A stretch of 64,000 nucleotides of DNA from Octopus vulgaris (GCA_951406725.2 OX597822.1:100068001-100132000); one strand, 5' to 3'; positions 38,128 to 51,743 are shown, numbered from the stretch's first letter. Notes: generated by a model from the sequence alone, not told the origin. Numbers and translations: made by a program.

Positions 38128-38903
38128 AGCCACGTAGCTTATAGTTCATTGATATAAGCAACAACAATACTATCAAACTGACTAGTATTTTTATTGCTCA
38201 CATTTTAAAATCCATCATTGTTATTCATGCTGAACGTGACTTGGTTGTTGGGTCAGCAACTCATCCTTATAAGGTACACAATGTTGTAGAAGTAAGTGGT
38301 ACAAGAAGTTATGCTTAGGGCATGTGTACTGCAAGAAATTATACATAGAACGTGTGTACTACTGCATGTGGTACTACAATTTGACATGTAGAATAGAATT
38401 ACCTTTCCATCTTGTCCTGTAGATCATTATTCCAAATAAGGCTTTTAATTGAGGTCTTTGGTGTACAAGGAAATTATGGCAGGTGAATCATGGTAGTAGT
38501 AGCCTGGAAAAGTTTAAGGACCTCAAAGAGTTGCTGGTAAACATGACAAGTAATTTAACCTTTTTATCACCATATTTCTGTTGAAATACACTACCTTAGT
38601 TTTAATTAATTTATAAAATAATCAAGAGTTTGGTAAAATGCCATTATCAAGCCAGTTTTTGGAACATAAATTAACTCTTTAGCATTCGAATGTTAACAAA
38701 ACTAAGTGACAAAGATGGCAAGAGTTGTGAGGTTCTTCTGAGGTAGACCAGATTGAGTCTCTACTCAATTGAAAAGGAGTTAGTAATTGTGGTGGCCATT
38801 ATTATGTAATGCTTATTTATATTCAAGATTTTGATGATGTGACTGTTTCTTTTTAGAAAGATATTGTAAGGTAGGCATGAGAGGCCAGTTCTGATGGCTT
38901 TAA

Positions 38904-39124
38904 CCCTTTAGTGTTCGCATTATTCTGCCAAAATTAATGCATTTTCATCCACATTGTTTTGAACTAATCATGCATTATCTTGTAGCTATGAGATTTTGAT
39001 GAGGTAGCTGTTAATTTTTAAAACGATATTGTAGGGTTGGTGTGAGAGACCAGATCTGGTCAGTTTGAACATAAAACAGGCAGAATACTTTTGGCTGGAT
39101 ATGGCCGGTATAAATGCTAAAGGG
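38904..39124. mobile_element. piggyBac-type MITE nested in related MITEs
   Basis: TTAA|CCCTTTAG ... CTAAAGGG|TTAA. Confidence 0.85.
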
Positions 39125-41075
39125 TTAAACATAAAACTGGCAGGCAGAATATTTGGGCCAGTTATATCTAGTTCAAATGCTAAAGGGCTAATATGAAGGT
39201 TTGTTGTAAAGTTTTCAGATCCCTCCAAAAATAGAACTCTGTATCAGAGAACTTAAAGGTTTTCAGATAGGTTGGTATCAAAAGTAAGAGAAACCTGAGA
39301 AGTACCAACTACCAACAAAAGCAGTTGGAAAGCCATACATGTTTTATTGTAATGATAATGGATTCACTTTCATGCTATTCATTTTTTAATTAGGTTTTGG
39401 CTCATTTCCTGTATCTCATTTGTCACAAGATATGATAAAATTCATACAAAAATAATTAATAAAAGAAAAAAGAAAAGAAAATGGTGGAATAAATTATACA
39501 TTTGTAATCCTCCTGTCAAGCTTATTTGAATATTTTCACTTCTGAAGGCCAATATACATGTCTCGGCTTCTTAAGACTGTTAGTCCAAAATATTTGACTA
39601 GTTGAAAGGAATGTTAATCACCTGTCTGTCATTTTTGAAATATTTTAATTTCTTTAGATGTTTAAATCTTTTCAGAATATCTAGTGACTACTTAGATGAC
39701 TAAAAATACATTTAGAAATGCACTAGTGATCTAAATGTATTTTTAAATAGTTACTGGAATATGTAAACATACTCAAACGAATTTCAATTTTTCTGCTTAA
39801 ATATATATTTGTCTGTTTGGCTCCGGGTCTGCTCTGTCTGGTGAACACTCATCATCAAAAGCATTCCAGCCATGACCATCCATTTTATTATTGTTTTCAA
39901 GCTTGTGTATCTAGGATTACATTATCCTAAGTGTCATTCATTTCTTAGATGATTGATTGTAATTTTATAGAGATTTGACTGCTATTTCTAGAGAGTCAAA
40001 TGACCACACAGATAGCAACATTGGCACATTGGTTCAGTTTTTTTTTATATATATAAAAGTACAGGTATGTCTGTGTAGTTAAGAAGCTCATTAAACAACC
40101 ACTTGGTTTCAGATTCAGTCCCATTGCCTGGCCCCTTGGACAACTATAGTCCTGGGCCGACAATGCCTTGTGAGTGAATTTGGTTGACAGAAACTGTGTG
40201 AAAACCTATCACGTGTGTTTCTGCCCCCCTCCCACACACACACATACAGACTACTTGACAATCAGTGTTGGTTTGTTTACATCCCCACTAAGTGATTCAG
40301 GAAAAAGAGACCTATAGAATAAGTACCAGCCTTAAAAAGTAAGTAGCAGGGTCAGTTTGTTCAACTAAACCTTTTGAAGTGGTGCCCCAGCATGGTCACA
40401 GTCCAGTGAATGAAGCAACTAAAAGAAAGGTTAGTGATATATAACAGAAGCAATGATACCTGAAATTTTTCTCTTTGAGTTAGATATTATTCATTTTCCC
40501 AAGAAAGACCAAAAGCTGTACAATTTTAAATCTCTCCTAAATTAAATGGATTGGAATAACTGGTCAGTTGGATTGATGCTCAAATTAAATTTGCTGGTTT
40601 GTTGTTGAGGAAGCAGTAGTAAGAATAAAGTTTCAGGGGATATGTATCTTGGGAAGAAGGACTGGGAAATGTTTATGCATAGTCTGGGGAGAATGCCTCA
40701 CATCATTATTAGTTGGGGTTGAGGGCAGACATTTCGTTTTATGTTTTGTTTTTGTTTTAATTTGAGCCTTGTACATCACTATCTCTCACCCTTTTTTTTT
40801 TTTCATTCTGTCATCTCATACTTACAACTGTTTAATCCTTTAGGTGATTTTAAGTAAAAACTTATGTCAGTCACTTTCTCACTTTCTCTGCCCCCTCTGG
40901 TTTCATCTTATGGTGCCTGTCTTATGTTACAGCTATTAAGAGCTCATTTCTCCAGGTATACAGGGCTGTCTGGTAACTGCATTCAAACTTTCACCCTTTC
41001 TGATTAACTTATAAAAATAAGTAGGTATCAGCATAATATTTCTGTTTATAAGTTAGTCAAATATTCAACACTATT

Positions 41076-41253
41076 AAAAAAAGCACCCACCACACTCATG
41101 GAGTGCCTGGCGTTAGGAAGGGCATCCAGCTGTAGAAACACTGCCAGATCAGACTGGAGCCTGGTGCAGCCGTCTGGCTTTCCAGACCCCGGTCGAACCG
41201 TCCAACCTATGCTAGCATGGAAAACGGACATTAAATGATGATGATGATGATGA
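41076..41253 (+). mobile_element. RTE LINE 3' tail copy
   Basis: Tail core plus GAT repeat. Confidence 0.9.
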
Positions 41254-41483
41254 TTAAGTAAATCATATAATATAAATGAAATTATAAGAAAATCTTATTC
41301 CTTTTTTTCTGGTTGAATTGTAAACAGTTTCTATGTATTGTTGTTAGTCATAAGTTATACTTTTCACACTAATGACTTGGTAGAAATTAGAGCATTAAAA
41401 GAAAATTATAACTTTTTATAAACAAGTACAATAGGTTATATTTTAATCTGTTGGGCTTTGGGTTCAATCTCACTATGCCGTGC

Positions 41484-42079
41484 CTTATGCAGATGTATTT
41501 TGCTTTACTCCATGCCAACCAATGCCTGAGAAAAGATCTTTTATGTATGCGTGTGTATAAGTGTATGCTTATGCAGATGTATTTTGCTTTACTCCATGCC
41601 AACCAATGCCTGAGAAAAGATCTTTTATGTATGCGTGTGTATAAGTGTATGCTTATGCAAATGTATTTTGCTTTACTCCATGCCAACCAATGTCTGAGAA
41701 AAGATCTTTTATGTATGCGTGTGTATAAGTGTATGCTTATGCAGATGTATTTTGCTTTACTCCATGCCAACCAATGCCTGAGAAAAGATCTTTTATGTAT
41801 GCGTGTGTATAAGTGTATGCTTATGCAGATGTATTTTGCTTTACTCCATGCCAACCAATGCCTGAGAAAAGATCTTTTATGTATGCGTGTGTATAAGTGT
41901 ATGCTTATGCAGATGTATTTTGCTTTACTCCATGCCAACCAATGTCTGAGAAAAGATCTTTTATGTATGCGTGTGTATAAGTGTATGCTTATGCAGATGT
42001 ATTTTGCTTTACTCCATGCCAACCAATGTCTGAGAAAAGATCTTTTATGTATATGTGTGCTTGTGGTATAAGTGTATGC
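41484..42079. repeat. 84-bp minisatellite, 7 near-identical copies
   Basis: Unit CTTATGCAGATGTATTTTGCTTTACTCCATGCCAACCAATGCCTGAGAAAAGATCTTTTATGTATGCGTGTGTATAAGTGTATG. Confidence 0.97.
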
Positions 42080-42292
42080 ATTTCTATATATGTATGTGTG
42101 TATCTGTAGGAATATTTACAATCTAACTTGACTGCAACTAATGATGTCTGCTGACTTTTCCTGTCACCAAATCATCCATTAGCTCTGTGCTTTCGAGTTC
42201 CTCTGGATTAAAAAGCTAGCTTACTTGAAAAACAGCTGAGAGTTGGTGACAGGAACAGCATCAAAACCTAAAAATTAGCATGGGAAAACAAA

Positions 42293-42295
<3 letters not shown>

Positions 42296-42345
<50 letters not shown>
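42296..42345. repeat. (CA)n microsatellite
   Basis: Direct reading. Confidence 0.95.
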
Positions 42346-42346
<1 letters not shown>

Positions 42347-43016
42347 CTTTGTGGTAAGAAGTTTGCTTCTCAGTCACATGGTTTCTGGTTCAGTCCCATT
42401 GTATGGTACTTCATGCAAGTATCTTCTATTTTAGCTTCAGTTTGACGAAATTCTTGTGAATAGATTTGATAGATGGACACTGAAAGAAGTCCATTACATA
42501 TATGGCATATATGTATTGTCCCCACACCACTGCTTGACAACTAGTGTTGGTTTGTTTATGTCCCCATAACTTACCAGTTTGGTGAAGGAGACTGACAGGA
42601 TAAGTACCAGACTCACAAAAACATTAGTACTGAGGTCAATTTGTTTGACTAAATCCTTTAAGGTGATGCCCCAGCATGACCACAGTCCAATGGCTGAAAC
42701 AAGCTAAAAGATATATATATGAAAGATGAAGGAAAAAATGAGATTATTTTAATAGTTAAACCATTTCTATTTTGTAGGTTTTTTCATGGTACACACGAAG
42801 ATCAATTATAGGTTAGGCCAATATCTATTTAAATATGATTCTGTTGAGAAGAAAGTTTCCTAAGATTAAGTTTGACCTTTCTAGTTAAACTCTACCTGAA
42901 ACTATTAAGAATGAAGCATTTGTGAGTGAATCAGATGCTTTCTTTGAAGTATAAGAAATTAGTACTGTTTATAAGGTTAAAGATTATTTGGTGGTTGTAA
43001 TCTGATTGATTGATTG

Positions 43017-43018
<2 letters not shown>

Positions 43019-43055
<37 letters not shown>

Positions 43056-43082
43056 CACTACTATTATTATTACTACTACTAC

Positions 43083-43120
<38 letters not shown>

Positions 43121-43300
43121 CTACTACTATTATTATTATTATTATTATTATTATTACTACTACTACTACTACTATTATTATTATTATTACTACTATTAAT
43201 ATTATTATTATTATTATTATTATTACTATTACTACTATTATTATTATTACTATTATTATTATCATTACTACTACTACTACTACTACTACTATTATTATCG
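43019..43300. repeat. Compound (ATT)n/(ACT)n microsatellite
   Basis: Direct reading; the source of the poly-L, poly-I and poly-Y ORFs. Confidence 0.97.
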
Positions 43301-43759
43301 TTGTTGTTTTTGTTGTTTTACTTCGGTCTTGTTTCCTCTGGTTGATTCTGTGAGAGCAGACAGCAGCCTGTTGTCAGGGGTCTCACCAAGGTCTCTTTCT
43401 GCACATTATTATTATTATTATTATTGTTGTTGTTGTTGTTATGGTAGAGAGATGGTAGAATCATTAGCACATGGAACAAAATGTTTAACAGCATTTCTTC
43501 CTGCTCTTTTTACATTCTAAGTTTGAATACCACTGAGGTCAGCCTTGCTTCTTTCATCTTTTGAGAGCCAATTGAATAAAGTACAAGTCAAATACAGGGT
43601 GGGGGGTCAGTGTTATCAAATTGAACTTCCTTCAAAGCTTCTGGTTTTGTGCCTAAATTAGAAATCATTATTGTTTATAACAATAATTTGTCAGGTGAAG
43701 AGAGGTAGTGTTTGGCCTTTTACCTCTTCCAGATGGATGGAATTTTGGCTGGTGTTTAA

Positions 43760-43981
43760 CCCTTTCGTGACTAACCCGGCTGAAACCGGCTCTGGCTCTG
43801 TAATGTAAATGTCTTGTTTTCATAAGTTTTTAATTAAAACCTTCCACGGAACCTCAGTCACAATTACTGTTCCTAAATCTAGCTGAATGATAACTAAGTT
43901 ATTTTACTAAATTCTTTGTTATTTCTAAAATTAATTGAAAGAAACACAGAGCATCTCAACAGAAATAAGGTAACAAAAGGG
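43760..43981. mobile_element. piggyBac-type MITE
   Basis: TTAA|CCCTTTCGTGAC ... GTAACAAAAGGG|TTAA. Confidence 0.85.
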
Positions 43982-44349
43982 TTAAGAGGATTCTCTATCC
44001 TTTAATACCTTAAGTTTTGATGTTAAGTTTAACAGTAATGTGTATGCTTGACTATATACAAGAAACAAAGAAACTCAAGGTAGATTATTTGTAAGTGGTA
44101 ATGGAAAGAAGGTTTAACTTTAAAGAAATTAATAAACTAGTGTGCGTGTGTGTATGTTATATAACAGGAGGGGTTACTCTAACATATTTGAAAATTTGTG
44201 TAATGCTCCTGTTTTGAACACCAGGTGTCCTTCTTATTGCTAATCCAGAGTAGAAATGTAATTTGTCAGACAGATTGGAGTAAGTAGAATTGTTTGCATG
44301 GTCCACAGATATTGGTCAATATTCTATCACCTTAACCTTATAAACATTA

Positions 44350-44419
44350 CATATGGCGCAGTGGTTAAGAGCGCGGGCTACTAACCCTAAGATTCCGAGT
44401 TCAATTCCAGGCAGTGACA

Positions 44420-44455
<36 letters not shown>

Positions 44456-44595
44456 TTGAAAAATACCTTAGGAATGAGAACCCGGGTTCGAAATTTCCCC
44501 AAGACACCTGATGAAGGCTGGAGGGTGTATCAGCCAAAATGTTCTGTTAACAACAAACAAAATGAGGACAAATATCCATCAAATGTAAATAATTA
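44350..44595 (+). mobile_element. tRNA-headed short element containing a decayed type I hammerhead ribozyme (44503-44548)
   Basis: A box TGGCGCAGTGG, B box GAGTTCAATTCC and an (AAT)n spacer. Then GACAC-CTGATGA-A-GGCTG(10 nt)CAGCC-AAAA-TG-TT-CTGTT. Confidence 0.7.
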
Positions 44596-44627
44596 CATAA
44601 TGCTATATATATGTGTGTGTGTGTGCA

Positions 44628-44990
44628 GACGTGGCTGTGTGGTAGGAAGTTTGCTTCCCAACCATATAGTTCCAAGTTCAGTCCTACTGCATGGCAAGTG
44701 TCTTCTACTCTAGCCTCGAGCTAACCAAAACCTTGTGAGTGGATTTGGTAGACGGAAACTGAAAGAAGTCCATCATATATGTGTGTGTGTCTTTGCGTTT
44801 GCCCCCTCCCCCATCACCACTTGACAATCAGTGTTGGTGTGTTTACATCACCATAACTTAGCAGTTCAGCAAAAGAGATCGATAGAGTAAGTACTGGGCT
44901 TAAAAAAATAAGTCCTAGGGTCAGTTTGTTTGACTAAACCCCTTCAGGGCAGTGATCCAACATGGCTGCAGTCAAATGACTGAAACAAAT
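44628..44990 (+). mobile_element. CORE-like tRNA-derived SINE
   Basis: Same family as 58829-59205; further copies near 40063, 42345 and 15122. Confidence 0.85.
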
Positions 44991-46559
44991 AATATATGTA
45001 TGTATGTGTGTGTGTATGTATATGTTAATATGTATCAGATAACATCTTGTTTTATTTTCCCAGTATTTTGTTTTTAAATTCCTTCATCAGTGAAAACAAA
45101 ATTATGTTCCTATATGTATGTTCTGCATCTTTGCACATATAATTGAGTGTATGAGTTCATGGCTGTTTATGTCTGCATATTTTCAATATCCCTTTTGTAT
45201 GGGTCAATATGAATTCTGTTGCAATGATAAATACATACTAAATGTTAGTATTAGGTGGTTAAAATTGAGACACAAGTAAGCTTCAGTTTTCTCATTGATT
45301 ATCAAAGCAATGACTATACTAGTTTTTTTTTTTTTTTTTTTTTTTTTATTTGTTTCCAGAGAATTGTTTAAACTTAAAATTATTATAGAAAACCTTTCTG
45401 GATACAATAATAATGCAGTAATGTCTTTACCTGTGACTATTGGTGCTATATAAAGCTATAAATATTTCCCCTGGTGACTATGCAGTTTTCTTTATTCGGT
45501 GAGTTACTGAGTGTACTTAATTAGTACTTGTACTAATTCAATACAAGTACTTGATAAGTACAAGACAGACTATTTGAGGTGTAAGTAACATGTATGTTGC
45601 CATATGGCATTAGATAGCGCAAGAGAACTGAAAGTGAGTGGGGTACAAAAGTATTAGCAGATGTATGCAGAAGAAACAAATACATTTGTATGGACACATA
45701 ATACTATTTGATAGTGTATGCTGGAAGCTAAGGTGCCAATGAATGGGAGGCAAACGTGTGGTAGAAGATTTGCAAAGTATTAAATAGATCAAATTAAGAA
45801 CACTTTGGCAGTTCAGAAGTGATGTTTACAAAATCCAGATTCAGTGAATAGTATACTGTTACATCATCCATCTATCTCACATAAGCACAGAAATACTGAT
45901 ATCGTGAAAAAAACGAATTCTGATATGAATATATATTGTTTGTTTTTAAGTTCTGAAAGAAATAAAAGAACAAGCTTTAGTACAACTATTTGTAAGTGAG
46001 ATAGTAATATAATCTTAGGAGACATTAGACTTTGGAGTCACTAATAGTATGTTTTACTTCCTTTTTATATTTTATTTTTATGTATTTTTCTTATCTTGAG
46101 TTAGTTACAGCTAATGGGGAAATAATTTGTTGTCATAACCTTATGAATCACTAATTGGATCTTTTCTTTTCTTTTTTTTTTTCTCTTTTTGATTTCAATC
46201 TTTTAAACTATGACTTTGTTGATTACACTGACCCCAGTACTTTGTCTAGTATTATTTTTATCAATCTCTTAAGGATGAAAGACAAAGTCAACCTCAATAT
46301 TAAAGTACTTAATCAAAACGTAAATTCTATTTGTGTATTTTTGATCAATGAACATTAAGCAGATATTCTACCATTCCTCACTTGCATGTGTGTATGTGTG
46401 CATACATACATCTGGCAGTCTTCTGCCAGCTTCTCTATGCCAAACTTCACTCTGGTGGCTAGGGTAGAAGATATTTGCCCAAGATTATGTGCAATGTGGC
46501 ACACTTGGTATATTGCTGTTTTTCCACTGCCACAGTCTGTTTCTGTGTGTAAACAAGGT

Positions 46560-47970
46560 GAACTCTGTTGCAACTTGGCTGTTGTATCTCTGCACTTAAC
46601 ATTAGTTGTGTGCACCTTAGCTGTATTTGGTGCTAATTAGTGGGCAATGAATAATTGATACCGTTGCTATTTTTGTACATATTTGTTTTATTTTAGTCTG
46701 GATTGTGCAAGGGAAAAGTATTTTTAATACTGTGTTGTAAAGGTACCTGACTATTTGCACATGATTATAATTGTAGTAAGAGGGACTATAAAGGTTGGGG
46801 GCTTGTTGCATCAACAAATTATCCTCTTTGCATACCCAGGTGGAGTATGTTTCATTGTGTAAAGAGTAAGAATGGTCTGTGTGCATGGATTGTCCCATTT
46901 AATGTTCTTTGTGGTTTGTTGTGGCAAGGCTGGGGTTCCAGGTAAGGCTGACATAACTCATGATGGATCTGATGTATTGTTTGAATATGTCAGATTGTGT
47001 TGATTAAATGTAATTCTTTGTATTTTTTTAATCATCTCAGCATGTGTGGTATGTTATCTTGTTGAATGTATAGGTGTCTCTATCTGATATCAGAAATAGT
47101 AGATTTGGGAAGTGGTACTTTTAGTCTATTTGTCTAATGCCAAGTTTCTAGGTAGCTGACATGCAATTGTGTCTGGTGAAGATGGGAGGATGTGATTGTG
47201 ACACAATCTGCTTTTGAGGCTTTGATGCCATATCTTTATAGAGATATAGGGGAAGTCATTTAGATATAAGTAAAAAGACTGAAAGGATGAATTCTCGTGG
47301 TAAACCATTTGTGGAGTTACAGATTTTAGATGTCTTTTCACTATACTTTAATTAAGTTTGATGTGATGTGTAGTTTGCAACAGCATTTTGTATTACTACT
47401 ATAAAAATGTTACCTATTTTGTTTATAAGTAGGTAGTAAAGAGGAAGCTTGGGGTTTGATATCAAAGTAGTTTTGTATTCTTTGGCTATAGTTTGTAAGT
47501 TGAAGAGTAGTTAAGTGAAGACGTCTTACTCCATGTTTTGAGTTAGAAAAAGGAATAAGTGTGGATTGTTGGTGTTGCTGTCAAGTTTTTTAAGTATTTT
47601 AATGGCATGCACAGGAAAATAAGGTCCACATGATACTACTTCTGTTAAGTTTTGCAAGGTTTCATAATTTTCATAATTTTATAACCAAATTCGGAGGATT
47701 TAACAATGTCCAAATCAGTGAATATTTTCATACACTTAAAGTGTTATGGCAGAAATTTTTCATGATTTAACATGGATATCTTATCTATCTTCCAATGATT
47801 TAAAGTCTTTTTTACATGCTAAGTAATATAATTAATATAGAATTGTTTTAGTTGTTATCTTTAAGCGAGCTTTAGGTCAAGGTCCACTTAACTATCACAG
47901 CTGTGTAATGGAATAAGTTTAACTTTTTATCAGATTTTTGTGGTGTAGTGTACCTTTCCTTTGACTAAAT
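46560..47970 (-). mobile_element. Possible highly decayed Penelope-like element
   Basis: Faint, correctly ordered peptide relics on the minus strand: KEYK..YFDIKP (cf. KDHK.NF..KP), WF..., YLNDFPYIS (cf. FDI.DFYPSIS) and HFP...KITY. Weak. Confidence 0.3.
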
Positions 47971-50694
47971 GTCCTAAAAACAACAACTAAAGCAGTTGAA
48001 AAAATATGTTGTAACCTAATTATGTTCATAAAAAAATTTATAGTTTTTGTAAATGTTAGTTATTAAAGTAATATTAGAAATAAACGTTATTTCTAACATT
48101 ACCTTAGTAACATTTAGAATGAAGTAATCACCATTTTCATTTTTAAAAAAACCATAAATTTGTTTACTAACATCTTATTATTGTGTCTGTTGATCACTAA
48201 AAGCAAATGAATATTCTACTTTTAATTTTTTTTTTCCTGATTTTTATTCATTTATTGTATGAGAAAAGAAAGTGGTGATTTGCTGGTGATTTCTTTGAAA
48301 TTTGTGATTTGGTTTTTGGAAACTGTTCTCCTTAACTACTGTCTAATCACTTTACAAAGTACTCTTAGAAACCATTAACTGTATTAACTAAGCTTTAGAC
48401 TATCATTCATGTCATGTGTAGTTGACCAACTACAATGAGAAAAGTGTCTTCAGATATTTTTGTTAATCACTTTGTAGTCAAAATCATTATACATAGGCCA
48501 AGACACAGTGTAAATTATAGGGACTCTCTGAGTCAAAGTCAGCCATGCTTCTGCCCTGGTCAAGATTATTATGAGGAAGACTAGCTGTTGCCCATACAGA
48601 CAAGACTCTCCTCTCCATGCCTCTGATGTTTGTCCAAAGGAAAGGCTACCAACATGGGCTGATACATCTTGGCATCAGTGTTGTCATGGGTGTTGCTGTC
48701 AGATCACAAAAACTTGGAATAAATACCACAAGGCATATTTTCCCAACTCTCTTTTAGTCCTGCCAGTCCACCATCCTAGATTGGTAGCTTTTTAATTTTT
48801 TTATAGACCCTGAAAGGATGAAAGGCAAACTTGACATCAATGAGGGTTTGAACTCAGAATGCAATGAGGTAGAACAAATATGGCAAGATAGTCCATCCAA
48901 CACTCTTATAAACTCAGCTGGTTTGTTGCTGACTTATACAAATATATCACTGAAGCAGCTATTTAATACTTGGTGACTATCTTTTGGAAAAGTAAAAATA
49001 AAAGGGTTAAACTTATGGATTTTTATTTTTCTTTATAGTCAATTAAAAGCAAAGCATAAAATTATAGATATTAAATATTTCCATTATATTTACATATTTC
49101 TGTACATAATAAAGTGTATATTTGCATTATAATTGATTTCTCTGCGGGAGGCATTGCTCAGTGTCTTTGATGCAGTTTTAACATAGAAAATATACAGTGT
49201 AGCCAAGTAAAATTAGTTCTTATTAATATTTCACTGGAATTATTGACTATAAATTAGTTCGTGTAGACAGAAAGAAATTTCTGAACTGAAGTTGATAGTT
49301 TTGAGGACAGAAGAATTGTGCCAAAACGAGGAAGTGGATATGGGAATCAGGTTTGTTATGTTGTTACAGGAATAGAAGCAGCTTGATTCACTAGATGGAG
49401 AATATATCTTTTACATTATATTAAATAATTACATGCTAATTTTGTTTGGGATAGGTATAATCTATTAAATGACTCGCTTATTTTATCTATAATAGTGGTG
49501 GGTGTTGATAAAAAGTGAGGTTGGTCTCTGTGGGACTTGAATTCAGAACATAAAAGAATGAAACTAGATAAATGCATTTAGTCTGGAAAATTAAAGTAAG
49601 CTCAATGAGAAAGCACTCAAGACTGCCAATATTGTTTCCAAGACAAAACTCAAATAATAAGGGTATGTAATGCATGAAGGAATTCTTTTGGATAATAACT
49701 GTTTCTAGTATAGGCACAAGGCCTGAAAAATTGAGGGAATGGGTTAGTTGATAACTATGAAACCCAGTATTTGACTAGTACTTTATTTCATCAACTCCAG
49801 AGGGATGAAAGGCAAAGTTTGCTTTGAGGTATTTAAATTCGGAATGTGAAGAGCTGAAAGAAATACTGCAAAGTATTTTGTCTGGCACTCTGACAATCCT
49901 GCCAACCCATTGTCCATTATTGGATAATAATATTTACGAAAGTCAATAAAAACTCTAGATGAAATGATTAGGTTGTAGGTATTAGTGACAACATTTAAAA
50001 CTATCAACATCAAAATATGATTGAAATCATTCTTGTGGATTTACCTATCCTAAGACCAAAATGAGGAAATGAATATGGAAACCATGATTATTATTATTAT
50101 ATTGTTCTAAAATGGCAGTGGTTTTGCAGAATCAATGTTTAGTTTATATCATTTCATGTTCTGAGTTTAAACCTCACCAAGCTCAACTCTGCTTTTCATC
50201 TTTCAGTGTTCAATGAAATAACGATTTGTCTAGTATTGTGCTTGAATAAATTAGACTCAAGCCCACAAATTTATGGTTGTGAGTGTATGTTAAAAAAACA
50301 CTCTGCATTATTCAAAACTTGGTTATTTAAACTGTAGTATTTTCTTCAATCTTTCCAATATTAACCTGCCTGAGGTTACTCCTGATTGTGATACAAACTT
50401 TCATGTTTTAGAATGATCTAATATAATATCTTCCATTAAAATTTTACATAACTTTTTGTCCCAAATGCAATATAGATGATTTCAAATTTTGCCACAAGGG
50501 CAGCAATTTTTTGGGAAGGAATGAGTCAATTACATCAATCCCAATGTTCAACTAGTACTTATTTTATTGACCCTGAAAGGCAAAGTCAACCTTGATGGAA
50601 TTTGAACTCAGAATGTACAGATGAATGAAATGTCGCTAAGCATTTTGCCTGGCATGCTAACGATTCTGCCAGCTCGTTAACTTAAAATGCAATA

Positions 50695-50975
50695 TCAGTA
50701 ATGACAGTTATTTAACTAAATTCTTCATTATTCTCAAAACTCAATTGAAACAGTTACATCAGATTAAGAATGACAGCTGTTTGACTAAATTCTTCATTAC
50801 CTTCAAAATTGACACCTAATTACACCAGATCAATAATGAATTATTTTTCTAAATTCTTCATTATTTTCAAAATTGAAACGAGATTACTCCAGAATAATAA
50901 TGACAGTTATTTTACTAAACTCTTCTTTAATTTCAAAATTGAAACAAAGGCAGTGTATTTCAACAGAAATATGGG
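50695..50975. repeat. About 65-bp unit repeated 4 times, derived from MITE-internal sequence
   Basis: AATGACAGTTATTT.ACTAAATTCTTCATTATT.TCAAAATTGAAAC recurs and matches the interior of the 43760 MITE family. Confidence 0.75.
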
Positions 50976-51034
50976 GATGAGCCCAATATGAGCATTCTAT
51001 GTCTTCTCTTTAGATTTGATATACTTAATATTTG

Positions 51035-51451
51035 CCTTGACTGGCTTCTGTGCCAGTGGCACATGACCTGCTGTGCTTGGGGAGACCTATTGAGTCAAGT
51101 ACATCCAAATCAAAGTGAATATCAAATGGAAATTGTAGTTGTGATACCTGTGCCGGTGGCACGTAAAAAGCACCATCCGAACGTGGCCGATGCCAGTGCC
51201 GCCTTGATTGGCTTCTGTGCCAGTGGCACGTAAAAAGAACGAACTGATAATGGCTGCTGCCAGCCTCCCCTGGCACGTAAAAAGCACCCACTACACTCAT
51301 GGAGTGGTTGGCGTTAGGAAGGGCATCCAGCTGTAGAAACACTGCCAGTTCAGAATGGAGCCTGGTGCAGCCTCCTGGCTTCCCAGACCCCGCTTGAACC
51401 GTCCAACCCGTGCTAGCACAGAAAACGGACAGTAAACGATGATGATGATGA
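51035..51451 (+). mobile_element. RTE LINE 3' tail copy with several stem-loop units
   Basis: Matches 2120-2536. Confidence 0.9.
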
Positions 51452-51743
51452 TTAAACCACAGCATTTTAAAATTGGAGCAGAAGTTAACAAAATGACAAA
51501 ACCGTTGAGTAACTTTATCTTCATCTCCTATCACTGAAGTGGGTCAATAACTATTAGCCAGCTTATGTAGATGCTGCAGTTGGTAACTCCAGGTTAGCCC
51601 TGATCAAATAGATCTATCATCAAAGGCACTGTAGCTTTGACTATTCAATCTTTTTTTATTCAAGCTCAGTGTATCAAGGACTACATTATTTGATGTGTCC
51701 TTTAAAAAAAAGAAAACTGTAGAGTGTGATTTGAGGAAGATTT

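Noticed and set aside
39702-39744. 15-bp perfect inverted repeat
   Set aside because: AT-rich and short; probably a MITE remnant or chance, with no support for a structured RNA.
41387-42071. 211-aa and 206-aa repetitive ORFs on both strands
   Set aside because: A by-product of an 84-bp (28-codon) tandem repeat; no splice signals or protein-like features.
41484-42079. CRISPR-like array
   Set aside because: Units are identical end to end with no unique spacers; eukaryotic context with no cas genes.
42984-43345. Poly-I, poly-L and poly-Y ORFs
   Set aside because: Translations of a trinucleotide microsatellite.
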